Source of the DNA: Escherichia virus TH47
DNA: 64,000 bases
Reading direction: 5' to 3' (one strand)
Sequence record: MT446416.1
Every line of letters begins with the position of its first letter. Position 1 is the first letter of the stretch. Under the pieces are notes generated by a model. The model searched no databases. It was given only the letters and a program-made list of their open reading frames with translations, and was not told where the DNA came from. Positions 37,614 to 46,401 of the stretch are shown piece by piece. The position numbers were made by a program, and so were the translations under genes.

Positions 37614-37641
37614 ATTATAGCATAAAAACACATCATGTCAA
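37614..37641 (-). promoter_or_regulatory. sigma70-like promoter
   Basis: TTGACA-tgatgtgtttttatgc-TATAAT on the minus strand. Confidence 0.6.
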
Positions 37642-37712
37642 ATGTTTTATCTTTATTTTAAGTGATACACAGTACTGAAAATATAATAAAGAAAAATTTC
37701 CAGTACTGAGTT

Positions 37713-38687
37713 TTATTTAACGTGTTTCCATGATACACCTCTAATAGCTCTACTTATTTGCATTCTATGAACGCCAAACTTTTTTGCTAATGCGTCATAA
37801 CCAAATTCTTTATGTTTTGGTACAAATACTTTTCTACAGTATCTAACTATATCTTCAGTTAATTTGGAATTTGGTTGTTCATCACCTTTAAGATGATAAT
37901 CAGGGTTATTTATTTCTTTATATTCTGTACTTTCTTTTGCAGTCGCCCACATAAGATTGTCTAAATCATTATGTTCTTTATTACCATCTTTATGTATTAC
38001 GTATGGTTTGTTTTCGGGATTTGGTATAAAAGCCATTGCCATTACACGACTTATTTTAAATCCTATATGTTTGAATTCATCACCAACTTTTATTTTTGTT
38101 GCATGATATGGATTTCCATTACTTAGAGTCTGCTTTAATATTTTTCCAGTGCGTTTGCTGAATAAATTTCCATTATCACTAATAGAAAAATCATCCTCAA
38201 ATCCAATTACATCTTTAAATATTTCAGTTTCATTTTCTGGTGGTTCAAATGGTATTCGGTTTTTATAGTAATATGTATTTTTACAAGAAGTTCCGCAAAA
38301 TCCTTTTGACCTACTATCAGAAATTATTATTCTATTAGTACAGTTGATACATTTTGTTTCATATGGTACAAAGGGTTTATAATTTTCGTATTTTATATTA
38401 CTTCTTTCTAACATATGAATTCTAGCATGTTCAGATGCTGACAATATTTCAAGATTTTCTGGGGAATTATTTAATATATTTTCATCTATATGATGTACAT
38501 GTTCATCGGATGATAACCATCTACCTGCTGCAACTGCTGCAACATGTCTGTGATAATATACTCTCCCAGTTTTATGACACATGGGGTGTTCTTTATCCAT
38601 AAAATAAAGATAACCCTTATTAGTGCCGTGTAATTTTAATTGGTTTATTATACATACCAAAGTTCTCCGTAAGTTGTTGTTTCGCAT
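37713..38687 (-). CDS. chimeric double-HNH homing endonuclease (324 aa)
   Basis: The N-terminus has HRHVAAV..EHVHHIDENILNNSPENLEILSASEHARIH. The C-terminal half is paralogous to 36466-36990 (FKDVIGFEDDFSISDNGNLFS; IHKDGNKEHNDLDNLMWA; SKLTEDIVRY..ISRAIRGVSWKHVK). The start codon abuts the tRNA-like element. Confidence 0.8.
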   Translation of the reverse strand: MRNNNLRRTLVCIINQLKLHGTNKGYLYFMDKEHPMCHKTGRVYYHRHVAAVAAGRWLSSDEHVHHIDENILNNSPENLEILSASEHARIHMLERSNIKYENYKPFVPYETKCINCTNRIIISDSRSKGFCGTSCKNTYYYKNRIPFEPPENETEIFKDVIGFEDDFSISDNGNLFSKRTGKILKQTLSNGNPYHATKIKVGDEFKHIGFKISRVMAMAFIPNPENKPYVIHKDGNKEHNDLDNLMWATAKESTEYKEINNPDYHLKGDEQPNSKLTEDIVRYCRKVFVPKHKEFGYDALAKKFGVHRMQISRAIRGVSWKHVK

Positions 38688-38755
38688 AGAGATATCGGGG
38701 AGTCGAACCCCGCCTTAGAAAATCGGAAGTCTCCAGGAAAACCACTATATACCTC
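38688..38755 (-). tRNA. degenerate tRNA-Gly(TCC)-like element, 68 nt, possibly a pseudo-tRNA
   Basis: Good acceptor (GAGGTAT/ATATCTC), T arm (CGGGG-TTCGACT-CCCCG) and anticodon arm (GGAGA-CTTCCGA-TTTTC, two G-U pairs). The D arm is only 12 nt with at most 2-3 bp. Confidence 0.4.
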
Positions 38756-38785
38756 AATATGTGCATTTCATCTTTCAATAACTGC

Positions 38786-38796
38786 ATTATATCACA
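38786..38796 (-). promoter_or_regulatory. extended -10 promoter element TGTGATATAAT
   Basis: Third copy of the 11-mer; about 30 nt upstream of the tRNA-like element. Confidence 0.45.
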
Positions 38797-38829
38797 GTTT
38801 TTTGATTTGTCTCAGGTTTATTTATCTTG

Positions 38830-39006
38830 TTATTTTTTATCTCTAATAGCAAGCTCGTAGATGAACCAGTGGTTAGAATCTTCGTCCAAAACCAATGATT
38901 CGAACGTTTTTTTATCGTTCAAAACATCATAATGGCCTTGGCGTATACCAAAACCAAAAGGATTATGTTTGAATTTTAGTTCATCTAACCATTCTTTGTG
39001 TGTCAT
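38830..39006 (-). CDS. 58-aa MTHEEW-family micro-protein, copy D (not in the ORF track)
   Basis: MTHKEWLDELKFKHNPFGFGIRQGHYDVLNDKKTFESLVLDEDSNHWFIYELAIRDKK; ATGA overlap with the upstream stop. Confidence 0.55.
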   Translation of the reverse strand: MTHKEWLDELKFKHNPFGFGIRQGHYDVLNDKKTFESLVLDEDSNHWFIYELAIRDKK

Positions 39007-39188
39007 CTTATTTTATCCATAACTGCTATACTAAAATATTTACCAAAATCATCACAATTGATAATGTTGTTATAGTACTCAATTGGGTTACGCAATGATA
39101 TATACAATTCAAGCTTAAAATAGTATATATCTGCTGCATTTATATTATAGTGTAGATTAAACCACTCATCAAATGTCTTAGGCTGCAT
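39003..39188 (-). CDS. hypothetical protein (61 aa)
   Basis: ORF track. Confidence 0.5.
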   Translation of the reverse strand: MQPKTFDEWFNLHYNINAADIYYFKLELYISLRNPIEYYNNIINCDDFGKYFSIAVMDKIR

Positions 39189-39582
39189 TATATTTATCTT
39201 TATAAAAATCCATGATTTTAGTCAACAGTACTGCAATCGTATAATCTAAATCAGGATAAAGTAAATTGTACTGAAATTCTTCCTCTACACTATAGTTTGT
39301 GGTGCAGTACTGATAGTCTTTATAACCAATGGAAAAATGGTTAGGATACAATGTACAACGAAATCGATATGCTTCATCTGTCATATAATCATTGTATTCA
39401 ACACAGAAGTATAGTGATTTGGCATTTAATTCAATAAGCTCGACAAAACCATCAGGTAATGAATGGTTATAAATGACTGAATCTTCATTAAACCATTCAT
39501 AGTATTTTTCCAAAAAATCACTAATAGATACATCCAGACTTTGTATAGGTGGAGTAATGATAATTTGAACTTCGTTATTCAT
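39178..39582 (-). CDS. FQxST-motif paralog family member (134 aa)
   Basis: Motif SVEEEFQYNLLYPDLD. Confidence 0.65.
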   Translation of the reverse strand: MNNEVQIIITPPIQSLDVSISDFLEKYYEWFNEDSVIYNHSLPDGFVELIELNAKSLYFCVEYNDYMTDEAYRFRCTLYPNHFSIGYKDYQYCTTNYSVEEEFQYNLLYPDLDYTIAVLLTKIMDFYKDKYNAA

Positions 39583-40067
39583 TTCGACCCCTTACTATAT
39601 TTCACGTATGGGCTATCATACAGATCATAACTTTTTTGTGCACGTTCTTTTCTACGTTCATACATGATTCTATCATACTCCTTGGCTTTCGCATTTGCTT
39701 CATTATACAATTTTAAAATTAGCAAAAATGTATCAAGGTCAGGATAGTTTGCTGGATTGATAGTACTCAGCATAAATCGTTCTTCTTCAGTTCTAGCTAA
39801 GTCAAACTCGTACTTAATAGTTTTATACCCACTCCATTTATATGTATGTGTTACTTTATTAGTAAGTACATTGTATCCAACGAAGTCAGTACTACCATCA
39901 AGTACACGAGTAATCATAATAGATGTACCAATGACAATCTGCACAGAACTCATTTCTGTAGTTTTAAAGTAATATATATTACCACGTCGCAGATTAACTT
40001 CTCGTGTCCCAACATGAACATGCTTAAGAACTTCACTTAATGGTTCTGGTACACCACGAATAGGCAT
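39579..40067 (-). CDS. FQxST-motif paralog family member (162 aa)
   Basis: Start re-picked at MPIRGVP (AAGGAG SD); motif TEEERFMLSTINPANY. Confidence 0.65.
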   Translation of the reverse strand: MPIRGVPEPLSEVLKHVHVGTREVNLRRGNIYYFKTTEMSSVQIVIGTSIMITRVLDGSTDFVGYNVLTNKVTHTYKWSGYKTIKYEFDLARTEEERFMLSTINPANYPDLDTFLLILKLYNEANAKAKEYDRIMYERRKERAQKSYDLYDSPYVKYSKGSK

Positions 40068-40068
40068 A

Positions 40069-40287
40069 TTAATGCTCCTTTTTAATTCTATACATTTTAA
40101 CAGCACTGGTTTCCCAAAAGTCACCATCTAAGTTGCTGAATTTATATATAGTTTCGAGATTTTCACCATCAAACGAAAACAATACAACATCTTCTTGTAC
40201 AGTACCGTTATGTAACATGATATCATAAACTTCATTTCTTACAAATAATTCTTTGGCCTTAGAAATATCAAAATTAATAAATTTCAT
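40069..40287 (-). CDS. hypothetical protein (72 aa)
   Basis: Start re-picked at MKFINFD (AGGAGG SD). Confidence 0.6.
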   Translation of the reverse strand: MKFINFDISKAKELFVRNEVYDIMLHNGTVQEDVVLFSFDGENLETIYKFSNLDGDFWETSAVKMYRIKKEH

Positions 40288-40335
40288 ATATCCTCCTATT
40301 ATCATTATTTGTATTATATCAGAGTTTCATTGCAC

Positions 40336-40728
40336 TTACCAGCATGTTTTCATAACTTCTGTGATGTAAATCATTTTATCTTTTAGTTCATAAGGGATGC
40401 AAATTTCACCTGGGCTTAACGTTGTGTTCTTTTGAAACTCATCCTCTTCGGAATCAGCCAGGTAAAATGGGTGCGTCACAAAGTTATCATCAACTGGACG
40501 ATTATGTGGTTTCATTAATGCATCATGATTGACAAAATAATAAGCATCAATATCAGGACGGAAATACAAACAATCAACCTTAATGCACGGGTGTAACCAT
40601 AAGGACAAAGAATATGTTATTTGGTTACCAATTTGTCTTGGACCAGATGCAATTGTATTGATGTTATTTTTATCTTGTACCATTTCATAAATGAAATCTA
40701 TCATTTCACGTAGTTCAGATTCAGTCAT
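40336..40728 (-). CDS. FQxST-motif paralog family member (130 aa)
   Basis: Motif DSEEDEFQKNTTLSPG. Confidence 0.65.
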   Translation of the reverse strand: MTESELREMIDFIYEMVQDKNNINTIASGPRQIGNQITYSLSLWLHPCIKVDCLYFRPDIDAYYFVNHDALMKPHNRPVDDNFVTHPFYLADSEEDEFQKNTTLSPGEICIPYELKDKMIYITEVMKTCW

Positions 40729-40740
40729 TTTATTTCCTTA

Positions 40741-40768
40741 AAAAAAATACCCAGTACTAGACTGGGTA
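40741..40768 (-). terminator. intrinsic terminator
   Basis: Minus RNA UACCCAGU-cuagu-ACUGGGUA plus U7. Confidence 0.75.
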
Positions 40769-40779
40769 TAAAGTAATGT

Positions 40780-40929
40780 TCAATCAGATTTCTTTTCGTA
40801 ATCTGCAAAAACAGTCAGGATTGTTGCACCCAGTGAATCAACTGCTGCTGCACGTTTTTCATCAAGGGATTTCGCTAGTTCTTGAATCTCTTGAAGTTTT
40901 ACTACTAAGTCAATTTTTTGATTACTCAT
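40780..40929 (-). CDS. small hypothetical protein (49 aa)
   Basis: Start re-picked at MSNQKIDLV (AGGAG SD); the track N-terminus overlaps the upstream gene. Confidence 0.5.
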   Translation of the reverse strand: MSNQKIDLVVKLQEIQELAKSLDEKRAAAVDSLGATILTVFADYEKKSD

Positions 40930-40951
40930 TACTTCTCCTATTGAATGTATT

Positions 40952-41257
40952 TTAGATGTTAATTTTGATACCAGATAGATCCAGTACTTTACGTATAGTA
41001 GGTTCTGGTTCAGGCTGAACAACCTCTTCAGGCTCTTGTACTGGAATCTTTGTGTTAATATTTAGACCATCTTGAAGAATTTCAGGGATAATTCCATGCT
41101 GCACATCATTGTACATAGACACAACAGTTTCTGCACAAGATAACATTTCACGAACTTTAAACTGATATCCTTGTGGTAAATCTTTGATGATTTCCATAAC
41201 ATCTAATAACTTCGTTTGTACATCAATAAGAATACTGTTTGATTTATCTGCGTCCAT
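40952..41257 (-). CDS. hypothetical protein (101 aa)
   Basis: ORF track. Confidence 0.6.
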   Translation of the reverse strand: MDADKSNSILIDVQTKLLDVMEIIKDLPQGYQFKVREMLSCAETVVSMYNDVQHGIIPEILQDGLNINTKIPVQEPEEVVQPEPEPTIRKVLDLSGIKINI

Positions 41258-41763
41258 TAATCCAACTCCACTACGTTATTTTTTTTCTTTGTATTTACTA
41301 CAGTGGGTGAATCATTTTTTGTCACATCACCTCGTAATTTCTTTTCTAGTGCGATGATACGCTTTAATGTCTTAATTGACGGTCGTTTCTTTGTTAGCTC
41401 GGCTTTTGCTTCAGTATAATACTTTCGGATATATCCATATGCATAATACTTAGAACCAATAAAAATTTCAGCAACGGCTGGCTGGTAACTCATTTCGGCC
41501 CCATCAAGATCCACTGGTGATGCATAAAATACAATATTTGTATTACACGAAGAAATTTTAGCAACCAGTAAGTTAGCTTCAAGTTTATTCAAAATCAACG
41601 TAGTGGTTTCTTCTGCCTCGTCACTGTACTGCATTGCTGACATTAGAAGTTGAAATGACTTGAAGTAATTACTACCACTGATTACCGTATTGAAGATTAA
41701 GCCCAATGTAATCAGTACTAGTGTACCAAGACATATAAACAAAAACCAATATTCAACACTCAT
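41257..41763 (-). CDS. N-terminally anchored membrane protein (168 aa)
   Basis: MSVEYWFLFICLGTLVLITLGLIF hydrophobic start. Confidence 0.7.
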   Translation of the reverse strand: MSVEYWFLFICLGTLVLITLGLIFNTVISGSNYFKSFQLLMSAMQYSDEAEETTTLILNKLEANLLVAKISSCNTNIVFYASPVDLDGAEMSYQPAVAEIFIGSKYYAYGYIRKYYTEAKAELTKKRPSIKTLKRIIALEKKLRGDVTKNDSPTVVNTKKKNNVVELD

Positions 41764-41790
41764 TAATATATCCTCAGTTTGTATTTTATT

Positions 41791-41818
41791 AAAAAAGCCC
41801 CATCAACATTGATGAGGC
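41791..41818 (-). terminator. intrinsic terminator
   Basis: Minus RNA GCCUCAUCAA-ug-UUGAUGGGGC plus U6. Confidence 0.7.
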
Positions 41819-41828
41819 GGGAAATCAA

Positions 41829-42038
41829 TTACTTACGGTTTGCTTTACGCAGTTCAGAAAGTTCTTCTTGTAGACTTTTCTTCCATGCAATTAGATGAGC
41901 AAAACGGATTGGCCTTGCACCAGTACCGTGGAATACTGCGAGAGCTTCTTCAGCTTGATGAATCTGGAACTGAATGTAGTTCACAGTGCGGTCGAAGTCG
42001 GTGATATCTAGTACTTGTGCCTTAGTTTCTTTAGCCAT
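41829..42038 (-). CDS. hypothetical protein (69 aa)
   Basis: ORF track; terminator downstream. Confidence 0.6.
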   Translation of the reverse strand: MAKETKAQVLDITDFDRTVNYIQFQIHQAEEALAVFHGTGARPIRFAHLIAWKKSLQEELSELRKANRK

Positions 42039-42065
42039 TTTAATACCCTTTTATTTCTTTTTTAT

Positions 42066-42086
42066 GAAAAACCCTCATCATTGAGG
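42066..42086 (-). terminator. weak intrinsic terminator
   Basis: CCUCA-AUGA-UGAGG plus GUUUUU; only a 5-bp stem. Confidence 0.35.
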
Positions 42087-42155
42087 AATGGTTTGCATTT
42101 TTACATCTGCCGATAATATACATTATATCATGCTTTTCAGCGTTGTCCCAAAAAA

Positions 42156-42452
42156 TTAATTATTTTTTAGAACAAATTTCACAACTGGTAACTCTGTTTC
42201 GTTTGATTCGGATTCATTATATCCGTTCTTCGTGAGAACGTCAATAACTTTTTTAGAATCGATTGTAAATTTATCAAGTTCAGTATAACGATAATAATCA
42301 ATGGTCTGACTGAACTCATACTCACCTGGACGCTGACGGCAACATGTTTGTGTTTCTGACATAATTGCATTGATTAGATAATAAGATTCAGTACTATCAT
42401 TGTTTGGTACATAAATCTTACCATCAAAATGAATCACTTCATGCTTATTCAT
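42156..42452 (-). CDS. hypothetical protein (98 aa)
   Basis: Start re-picked at MNKHEVIHF, overlapping the upstream stop (TATGAATAA). Confidence 0.6.
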   Translation of the reverse strand: MNKHEVIHFDGKIYVPNNDSTESYYLINAIMSETQTCCRQRPGEYEFSQTIDYYRYTELDKFTIDSKKVIDVLTKNGYNESESNETELPVVKFVLKNN

Positions 42453-42714
42453 ACAGTGAGTTAATCTCCGATTGAAGAATTGAAATAATTTCCTTTTGAA
42501 GACCTGTAATTTCACTGTTCAGTGAGGATAAACGTTTGGTCAATGCCATAAACTGTTTAGCGTCTTCTTTGGAACGGTCGTTACGAACTTTATCGGAACT
42601 CCAGTTAGCATATGATTGCTCATCTTTTTTGTTAAGAATGTCCCAGTCCAAACGGACTAGTTTTCGTTCTTTCTTAAGTTCGCTTAGGCGAGATTTCATT
42701 TCTTCTTTAGTCAT
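42445..42714 (-). CDS. hypothetical coiled-coil-like protein (89 aa)
   Basis: ORF track. Confidence 0.6.
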   Translation of the reverse strand: MTKEEMKSRLSELKKERKLVRLDWDILNKKDEQSYANWSSDKVRNDRSKEDAKQFMALTKRLSSLNSEITGLQKEIISILQSEINSLYE

Positions 42715-43004
42715 TACAAGGTTCCTTTCATAAAGTCAGGGATAACGATTACGATAGAAGGATTATACTCCACATATCCATTCTTTGTCAATAGACTTTT
42801 GATATCAGAAATAACATTATCATGTTGTTCCATATCTTTATCGCAGTGAATTTCCAATTCTTTTAGGAAAGGTTGTTTAACTGAAATTGATTGGGTCAGT
42901 GTTTGAATACGCTGCATCATATCAATTGGATCAGGACTGAACTCATTACCAACATAAAGAGTGCCAGATGCATCCTTTTCAAGTAAGACTTCTAAAATTT
43001 TCAT
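42714..43004 (-). CDS. hypothetical protein (96 aa)
   Basis: ORF track. Confidence 0.6.
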   Translation of the reverse strand: MKILEVLLEKDASGTLYVGNEFSPDPIDMMQRIQTLTQSISVKQPFLKELEIHCDKDMEQHDNVISDIKSLLTKNGYVEYNPSIVIVIPDFMKGTL

Positions 43005-43831
43005 TTTGTACCCTTTAATGTACCAAAATTACGTAGTGTAAATCCAGGAACTGGAAAATATACATCACAGTCAATGTCAGGATTCATTGTCACTACCTCA
43101 TTACACATTATATCACGAATTCCACTTCCGTCTACGATTTTTTGCATTAAATCGTTCCATTCTTTTCGTTCAATAACATATGTGTTAATCAAACACAAGT
43201 CATGACCACGTTTCGAAATATAACCAAGTACTACATCATTGTGGACAACACGCATAGTAACTTTTCCAATTCGAATTCCTCGTACTGCATTAGTACTAGT
43301 ATCGTCGTAAATCAGTTCTATTCTAAGTGAACCATTAGATATAAGAGTTGTGGTATATTTTGAAACCATATTCTCAATTTCTTGAGTTAAATCGTCTCGG
43401 TTAAGGTACTCAAACACCGAATATGTCAACTCATTTGCATCCAAACATTGGACTGTTGGAAGCTGGGCAACCATATCCAAAGATACAGGTTCTATGTATA
43501 TTTTTTCAATATCAGATGTTTTGACGAATAGATACCCTTCTAGCGTCATTGAACTAACAATTTCTGCATAATAAGAGTACAGATAAAAAACATTCGTCTC
43601 ATTCGAATCAGTTTCTACCCAAACCTCTGCCTGTTTCATCTCATATTGTTGTAGAATTCGTTGTGTAAACCCAATGTAAAATCCAAGATTAACATCGGAT
43701 TGAGTTTCAAACGGTTTAAACATCAAATATGGATATTTGTCAAGATACTCATTGAACTTACGCTGGGTATCTCTATCACAATCAATGATGTACTTTCGGA
43801 ATTCAGAAATGATTACTTTTTCCAATGACAT
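43001..43831 (-). CDS. hypothetical protein (276 aa)
   Basis: ORF track. Confidence 0.75.
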   Translation of the reverse strand: MSLEKVIISEFRKYIIDCDRDTQRKFNEYLDKYPYLMFKPFETQSDVNLGFYIGFTQRILQQYEMKQAEVWVETDSNETNVFYLYSYYAEIVSSMTLEGYLFVKTSDIEKIYIEPVSLDMVAQLPTVQCLDANELTYSVFEYLNRDDLTQEIENMVSKYTTTLISNGSLRIELIYDDTSTNAVRGIRIGKVTMRVVHNDVVLGYISKRGHDLCLINTYVIERKEWNDLMQKIVDGSGIRDIMCNEVVTMNPDIDCDVYFPVPGFTLRNFGTLKGTK

Positions 43832-43833
43832 AA

Positions 43834-44031
43834 TTATTCCTCACGATGCATAAAGTACATAAACATCGCCAACCATATACAGAATCCAACGCAACGAAGA
43901 AACATATCAACTGTTGGATCAGTGCCACCAGTAACTTGGTAAACGATTACTGGAATTAAAGCAATAGCAATAGACACTGTACATAAGATGAATGCAACAA
44001 ACACCTCAAACATAAACTTAATCGTTTCCAT
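43834..44031 (-). CDS. small two-pass membrane protein (65 aa)
   Basis: ORF track; hydrophobic. Confidence 0.55.
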   Translation of the reverse strand: METIKFMFEVFVAFILCTVSIAIALIPVIVYQVTGGTDPTVDMFLRCVGFCIWLAMFMYFMHREE

Positions 44032-44605
44032 TATTATCCTTCAATGTGTAGTGTAGTACATCTAAAAAGTTATACATTGATTCATTACGCATAACCTTGA
44101 TTGTTAAATTACCACAACCCAACATACGTTTGAGGCGACGCTTCACCGCAGTTAAATCATGAGAACTATTTGTGTACAGACCATTAACCTGACCCGGAAC
44201 AGTAGGAACATGAAGAATGTAATCATAATTCATTAGTAAGCGTTGATTATATTTCTTTAATGCTTGCTTGTATTCTGAAATATTTTCAAAGAATGTACAA
44301 TAACGGTCGTAACGATTCATTTTATTCAAAATTGAAATACGAAAAGCGTTACCACTATTCCAATCATCTTCAGTTGGGTTTGGGTTGATATGTGCCATGT
44401 TAGCTGTACTGTACCCACCACTTGTGAAAACTTCAGAATATCCATTCTCAAAAACATACAATGTTGCTTTGTGGCCTCGGAATTCTTTACGGTACTTTGA
44501 CAGTACTTGAATGTGATTACGCTTGGACTTGTACATCTCGTAACCTTCATAATCGCCACTGAATTCACAAATTTTATCAACACCAGCCATTTCGTATATC
44601 CTCAT
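44018..44605 (-). CDS. hypothetical protein (195 aa)
   Basis: ORF track; the nested alternate-frame ORF is rejected. Confidence 0.7.
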   Translation of the reverse strand: MRIYEMAGVDKICEFSGDYEGYEMYKSKRNHIQVLSKYRKEFRGHKATLYVFENGYSEVFTSGGYSTANMAHINPNPTEDDWNSGNAFRISILNKMNRYDRYCTFFENISEYKQALKKYNQRLLMNYDYILHVPTVPGQVNGLYTNSSHDLTAVKRRLKRMLGCGNLTIKVMRNESMYNFLDVLHYTLKDNNGND

Positions 44606-44647
44606 TTGATTAATATAGGAGTATTATACATACTCCATTTTCATGTG

Positions 44648-44791
44648 TCAAGCTTTATAATACGGAAGACTTTTCACTAAAGATTCGGACGTATTATTTT
44701 TAACCCATGTACTACCGTTGTCATTGGATACATATCCAGTACCATTAACAAACTTACGCATAATACCAGTAAAAATGTTCGTATACACCAT
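44648..44791 (-). CDS. small hypothetical protein (47 aa), not in the ORF track
   Basis: MVYTNIFTGIMRKFVNGTGYVSNDNGSTWVKNNTSESLVKSLPYYKA; AAGGA SD; TAATG overlap with the upstream ORF. Confidence 0.45.
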   Translation of the reverse strand: MVYTNIFTGIMRKFVNGTGYVSNDNGSTWVKNNTSESLVKSLPYYKA

Positions 44792-44961
44792 TATTCAGTA
44801 TCCTTCGGTTTAGAATGTAAACCATACTTTTCATCATAACGGTCATAAGTAGTACCATTCGTACTAGCTTTGATGCTTTCGGTACGATTGATTTGTTCAA
44901 TCTTCACACCACGATAACCAATCTCTTCTTTAAATTGTTCCCATGATTCACGTAGACTCAT
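44791..44961 (-). CDS. small hypothetical protein (56 aa), not in the ORF track
   Basis: MSLRESWEQFKEEIGYRGVKIEQINRTESIKASTNGTTYDRYDEKYGLHSKPKDTE. Confidence 0.45.
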   Translation of the reverse strand: MSLRESWEQFKEEIGYRGVKIEQINRTESIKASTNGTTYDRYDEKYGLHSKPKDTE

Positions 44962-44973
44962 TTTAGTCCCCTT

Positions 44974-45120
44974 TTGTTATTTCATACACTCACGTAGAAC
45001 AATCTTTTCAACTGAACCACCGAGTACTAGATAGTGAAAATTAGAATCTTTGTTTGCCATATTCAAAAGATCTGCTTTCTGTTGAAGCGTAAAGCGTGAA
45101 GTACTGTTACGTACTGGCAT
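44974..45120 (-). CDS. small hypothetical protein (48 aa), not in the ORF track
   Basis: MPVRNSTSRFTLQQKADLLNMANKDSNFHYLVLGGSVEKIVLRECMK; AAGGAG SD 6 nt upstream. Confidence 0.5.
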
Positions 45121-45122
45121 AG

Positions 45123-45566
45123 TTACTCCTTAAAGTAGATATCACGAATTTGCTTAATCATCTCTAACTCTTGAAGTCCTATCATACCGAAGTTTTCTTG
45201 CACTGTCAACTGTTGGAAGTACATTTCCTCTAAATTATTATAAGGAATATCCACTAATGATAAAGGAACACTTTCACCACGGTATAGCAGATCTTCAACG
45301 AAAAGTTTTAAAATCATGATAGAAAATGAATCTTTTTGGATATGAAATTTGTAAAATGTTTGGTTAGTGCTGAGCATTGTATTTGATGGATTGAACCCCA
45401 TTTCAACAAATACTGTATCTTTATCATTATGTTTGAAATATGTACATCTTGAATTCGCAAGAACTTTAGATTTTGGGAAATAAAAATCACCCATCATCTT
45501 CTGTCGTTTCCAGTCCTCATATACAACTGGATGCTTTACCTTCTTCAATTGGTGCAGTACTGTCAT
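45123..45566 (-). CDS. FQxST-motif paralog family member (147 aa)
   Basis: Motif NLEEMYFQQLTVQENFG. Confidence 0.7.
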   Translation of the reverse strand: MTVLHQLKKVKHPVVYEDWKRQKMMGDFYFPKSKVLANSRCTYFKHNDKDTVFVEMGFNPSNTMLSTNQTFYKFHIQKDSFSIMILKLFVEDLLYRGESVPLSLVDIPYNNLEEMYFQQLTVQENFGMIGLQELEMIKQIRDIYFKE

Positions 45567-45946
45567 AGTTTTTTCCAGTCCAATGAATCGAAATCGATTT
45601 GTTCAGGATTATCAACAGCGACAACTCGTGCATTATGAAGAGTTTCAAAGTAGCCGTTCCACGGTGTTCGTAATGGAACAGTCACATCGCCAACTTTAAC
45701 CAAGAATGAATATTCTGGTGATATTGGGTCAAACCACTCTTTTTGTTTAGCATTTTCTATGATAGTTTCGTGTTCATTTGTATAGCAATTAGATTGCTTC
45801 ATATAAAACACCCAATGCTCTTTTAAGCACTGTAAAGCAGCCACTGCTTCCTCTTTAGAAGACCATTGAATATCAATTGTATTAAGAACGTCATAATAAT
45901 TTTCAGTATCACCTGTAGTGTAATGTACTTCAATGCAGTATTTCAT
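45563..45946 (-). CDS. hypothetical protein (127 aa)
   Basis: ORF track. Confidence 0.7.
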   Translation of the reverse strand: MKYCIEVHYTTGDTENYYDVLNTIDIQWSSKEEAVAALQCLKEHWVFYMKQSNCYTNEHETIIENAKQKEWFDPISPEYSFLVKVGDVTVPLRTPWNGYFETLHNARVVAVDNPEQIDFDSLDWKKL

Positions 45947-46401
45947 TATTCATCACCTTTTAGTAATTTACAAATTTCAATCATATGATAATAACATGTA
46001 TTCCAAAATTGCCCATTAGTACTACCAACATCATGCACAGTACTTTGTTGGAAAACATATTCATCATTGAACAACTTTTTAATATCATCAATGTAAAATT
46101 CTGGTTTTGAATCATTATTGTATTCAATACTCGTTTCACCATCTGGATCAAGTGAAATTGATGATATATCGTGAATGCCTATCGGATTTGTTGGATAAAT
46201 TCTCAACGTAAGAGGATAGAAGTCTGGATCGGTTTCATATGTATATTCGATTATGTAATTACCATCTCCAGTAATTGATTGATATTTAAATGTAGTTTCA
46301 ATTGAATTTGAGATGTTAAATCCCAGTCTCTTTATCTCATGTAGATGTAATAATATTTTATGTAAAGTTCCTAAAACATGAATCAAATTATCAATTTTCA
46401 T
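45946..46401 (-). CDS. FQxST-motif paralog family member (151 aa)
   Basis: Motif FNDEYVFQQSTVHDVGS. Confidence 0.7.
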   Translation of the reverse strand: MKIDNLIHVLGTLHKILLHLHEIKRLGFNISNSIETTFKYQSITGDGNYIIEYTYETDPDFYPLTLRIYPTNPIGIHDISSISLDPDGETSIEYNNDSKPEFYIDDIKKLFNDEYVFQQSTVHDVGSTNGQFWNTCYYHMIEICKLLKGDE

